From NCBI GenBank assembly GCA_963765675.1, contig CAVXXK010000001.1, forward strand, positions 1,952,001-2,016,000: a stretch of 64,000 bases of DNA, given 5' to 3'. This DNA is from an uncultured delta proteobacterium (GTDB lineage Bacteria > Desulfobacterota > Binatia > Binatales > Binataceae). Positions within the stretch are counted from its first letter, which is position 1; each line of letters opens with the position of its first letter. The notes under the pieces were generated by a model. The model had not been told where the DNA came from and did no database searches. It was given only the letters and a program-made list of their open reading frames with translations. This document shows positions 63,771 to 64,000 of the stretch, piece after piece. A program made the position numbers and the translations under genes.

Positions 63771-64000
63771 ATGATCAGTTCTGACAGCCGGCCATCGTCA
63801 CTGTTCGAAATCCACGACTTCCGCATCTATCTCGGCGCGACTTTTCTCGCGAGCCTCGCCGTGCAGGCTCAATCTGTCGCCGTCGGATGGCAGGTCTACA
63901 AGATCACGCGCTCGCCGCTCGCTCTCGGCTACGTTGGATTGGTGCAATTCCTGCCTGCGTTGCTGATGATGCTGCCGGCAGGCGCTGTCGCGGATCGATA
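63771..64000 (+). CDS. MFS transporter (DHA3/EntS-like), N-terminal part; runs off the window end
   Basis: Manual translation: MISSDSRPSSLFEIHDFRIYLGATFLASLAVQAQSVAVGWQVYKITRSPLALGYVGLVQFLP...AGAVADR. Confidence 0.88.
   Translation, partial: MISSDSRPSSLFEIHDFRIYLGATFLASLAVQAQSVAVGWQVYKITRSPLALGYVGLVQFLPALLMMLPAGAVADR

Noticed and set aside
1-64000. CRISPR arrays, tRNA/rRNA, IS elements
   Set aside because: No regularly spaced repeats, cloverleaf or rRNA signatures, or transposase ORFs were seen by eye.

Overview
High-GC bacterial chromosomal window. Gene content suggests a soil deltaproteobacterium-like or Ca. Binatota-like organism (inference only). From left to right: (1) a partial ABC permease, folK and dapL; (2) a ~176-nt structured non-coding element; (3) an 11-kb respiratory operon with alternative complex III (actA-B-C-D-F, no actE, ActB retaining an N-terminal Fe-S motif) joined to a caa3-type oxidase (II-c, fused I/III, IV, CtaG); (4) a hemerythrin, cupin and HCO/NnrS-like membrane protein trio, with (2)-(4) sitting between dapL and dapB; (5) a VegA-like double zinc-finger protein, DUF1054, GFA and tandem serine hydrolases; (6) a Zn-finger, XRE and ImmA/IrrE-like regulatory module; (7) pcaB; (8) an ~18-kb aromatic and acyl-CoA catabolic cluster (Rieske dioxygenase, LigB-type dioxygenase, ACMSD-like amidohydrolase, three CoA transferases, a FadE24/FadE23-like pair, a Cys-less thiolase with DUF35, FadR and TetR with visible operators); (9) ligD-ku, cyclic beta-1,2-glucan synthase, YoaK and a GH144-like gene; (10) a 24-aa standalone SEC-C microprotein missed by the ORF track; (11) TauD, an HpaB-like gene, a degenerate TauD fragment and a partial MFS transporter. 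I saw no rRNA, tRNA, CRISPR array, transposase or integrase. All family calls come from motif recognition, not database searches.
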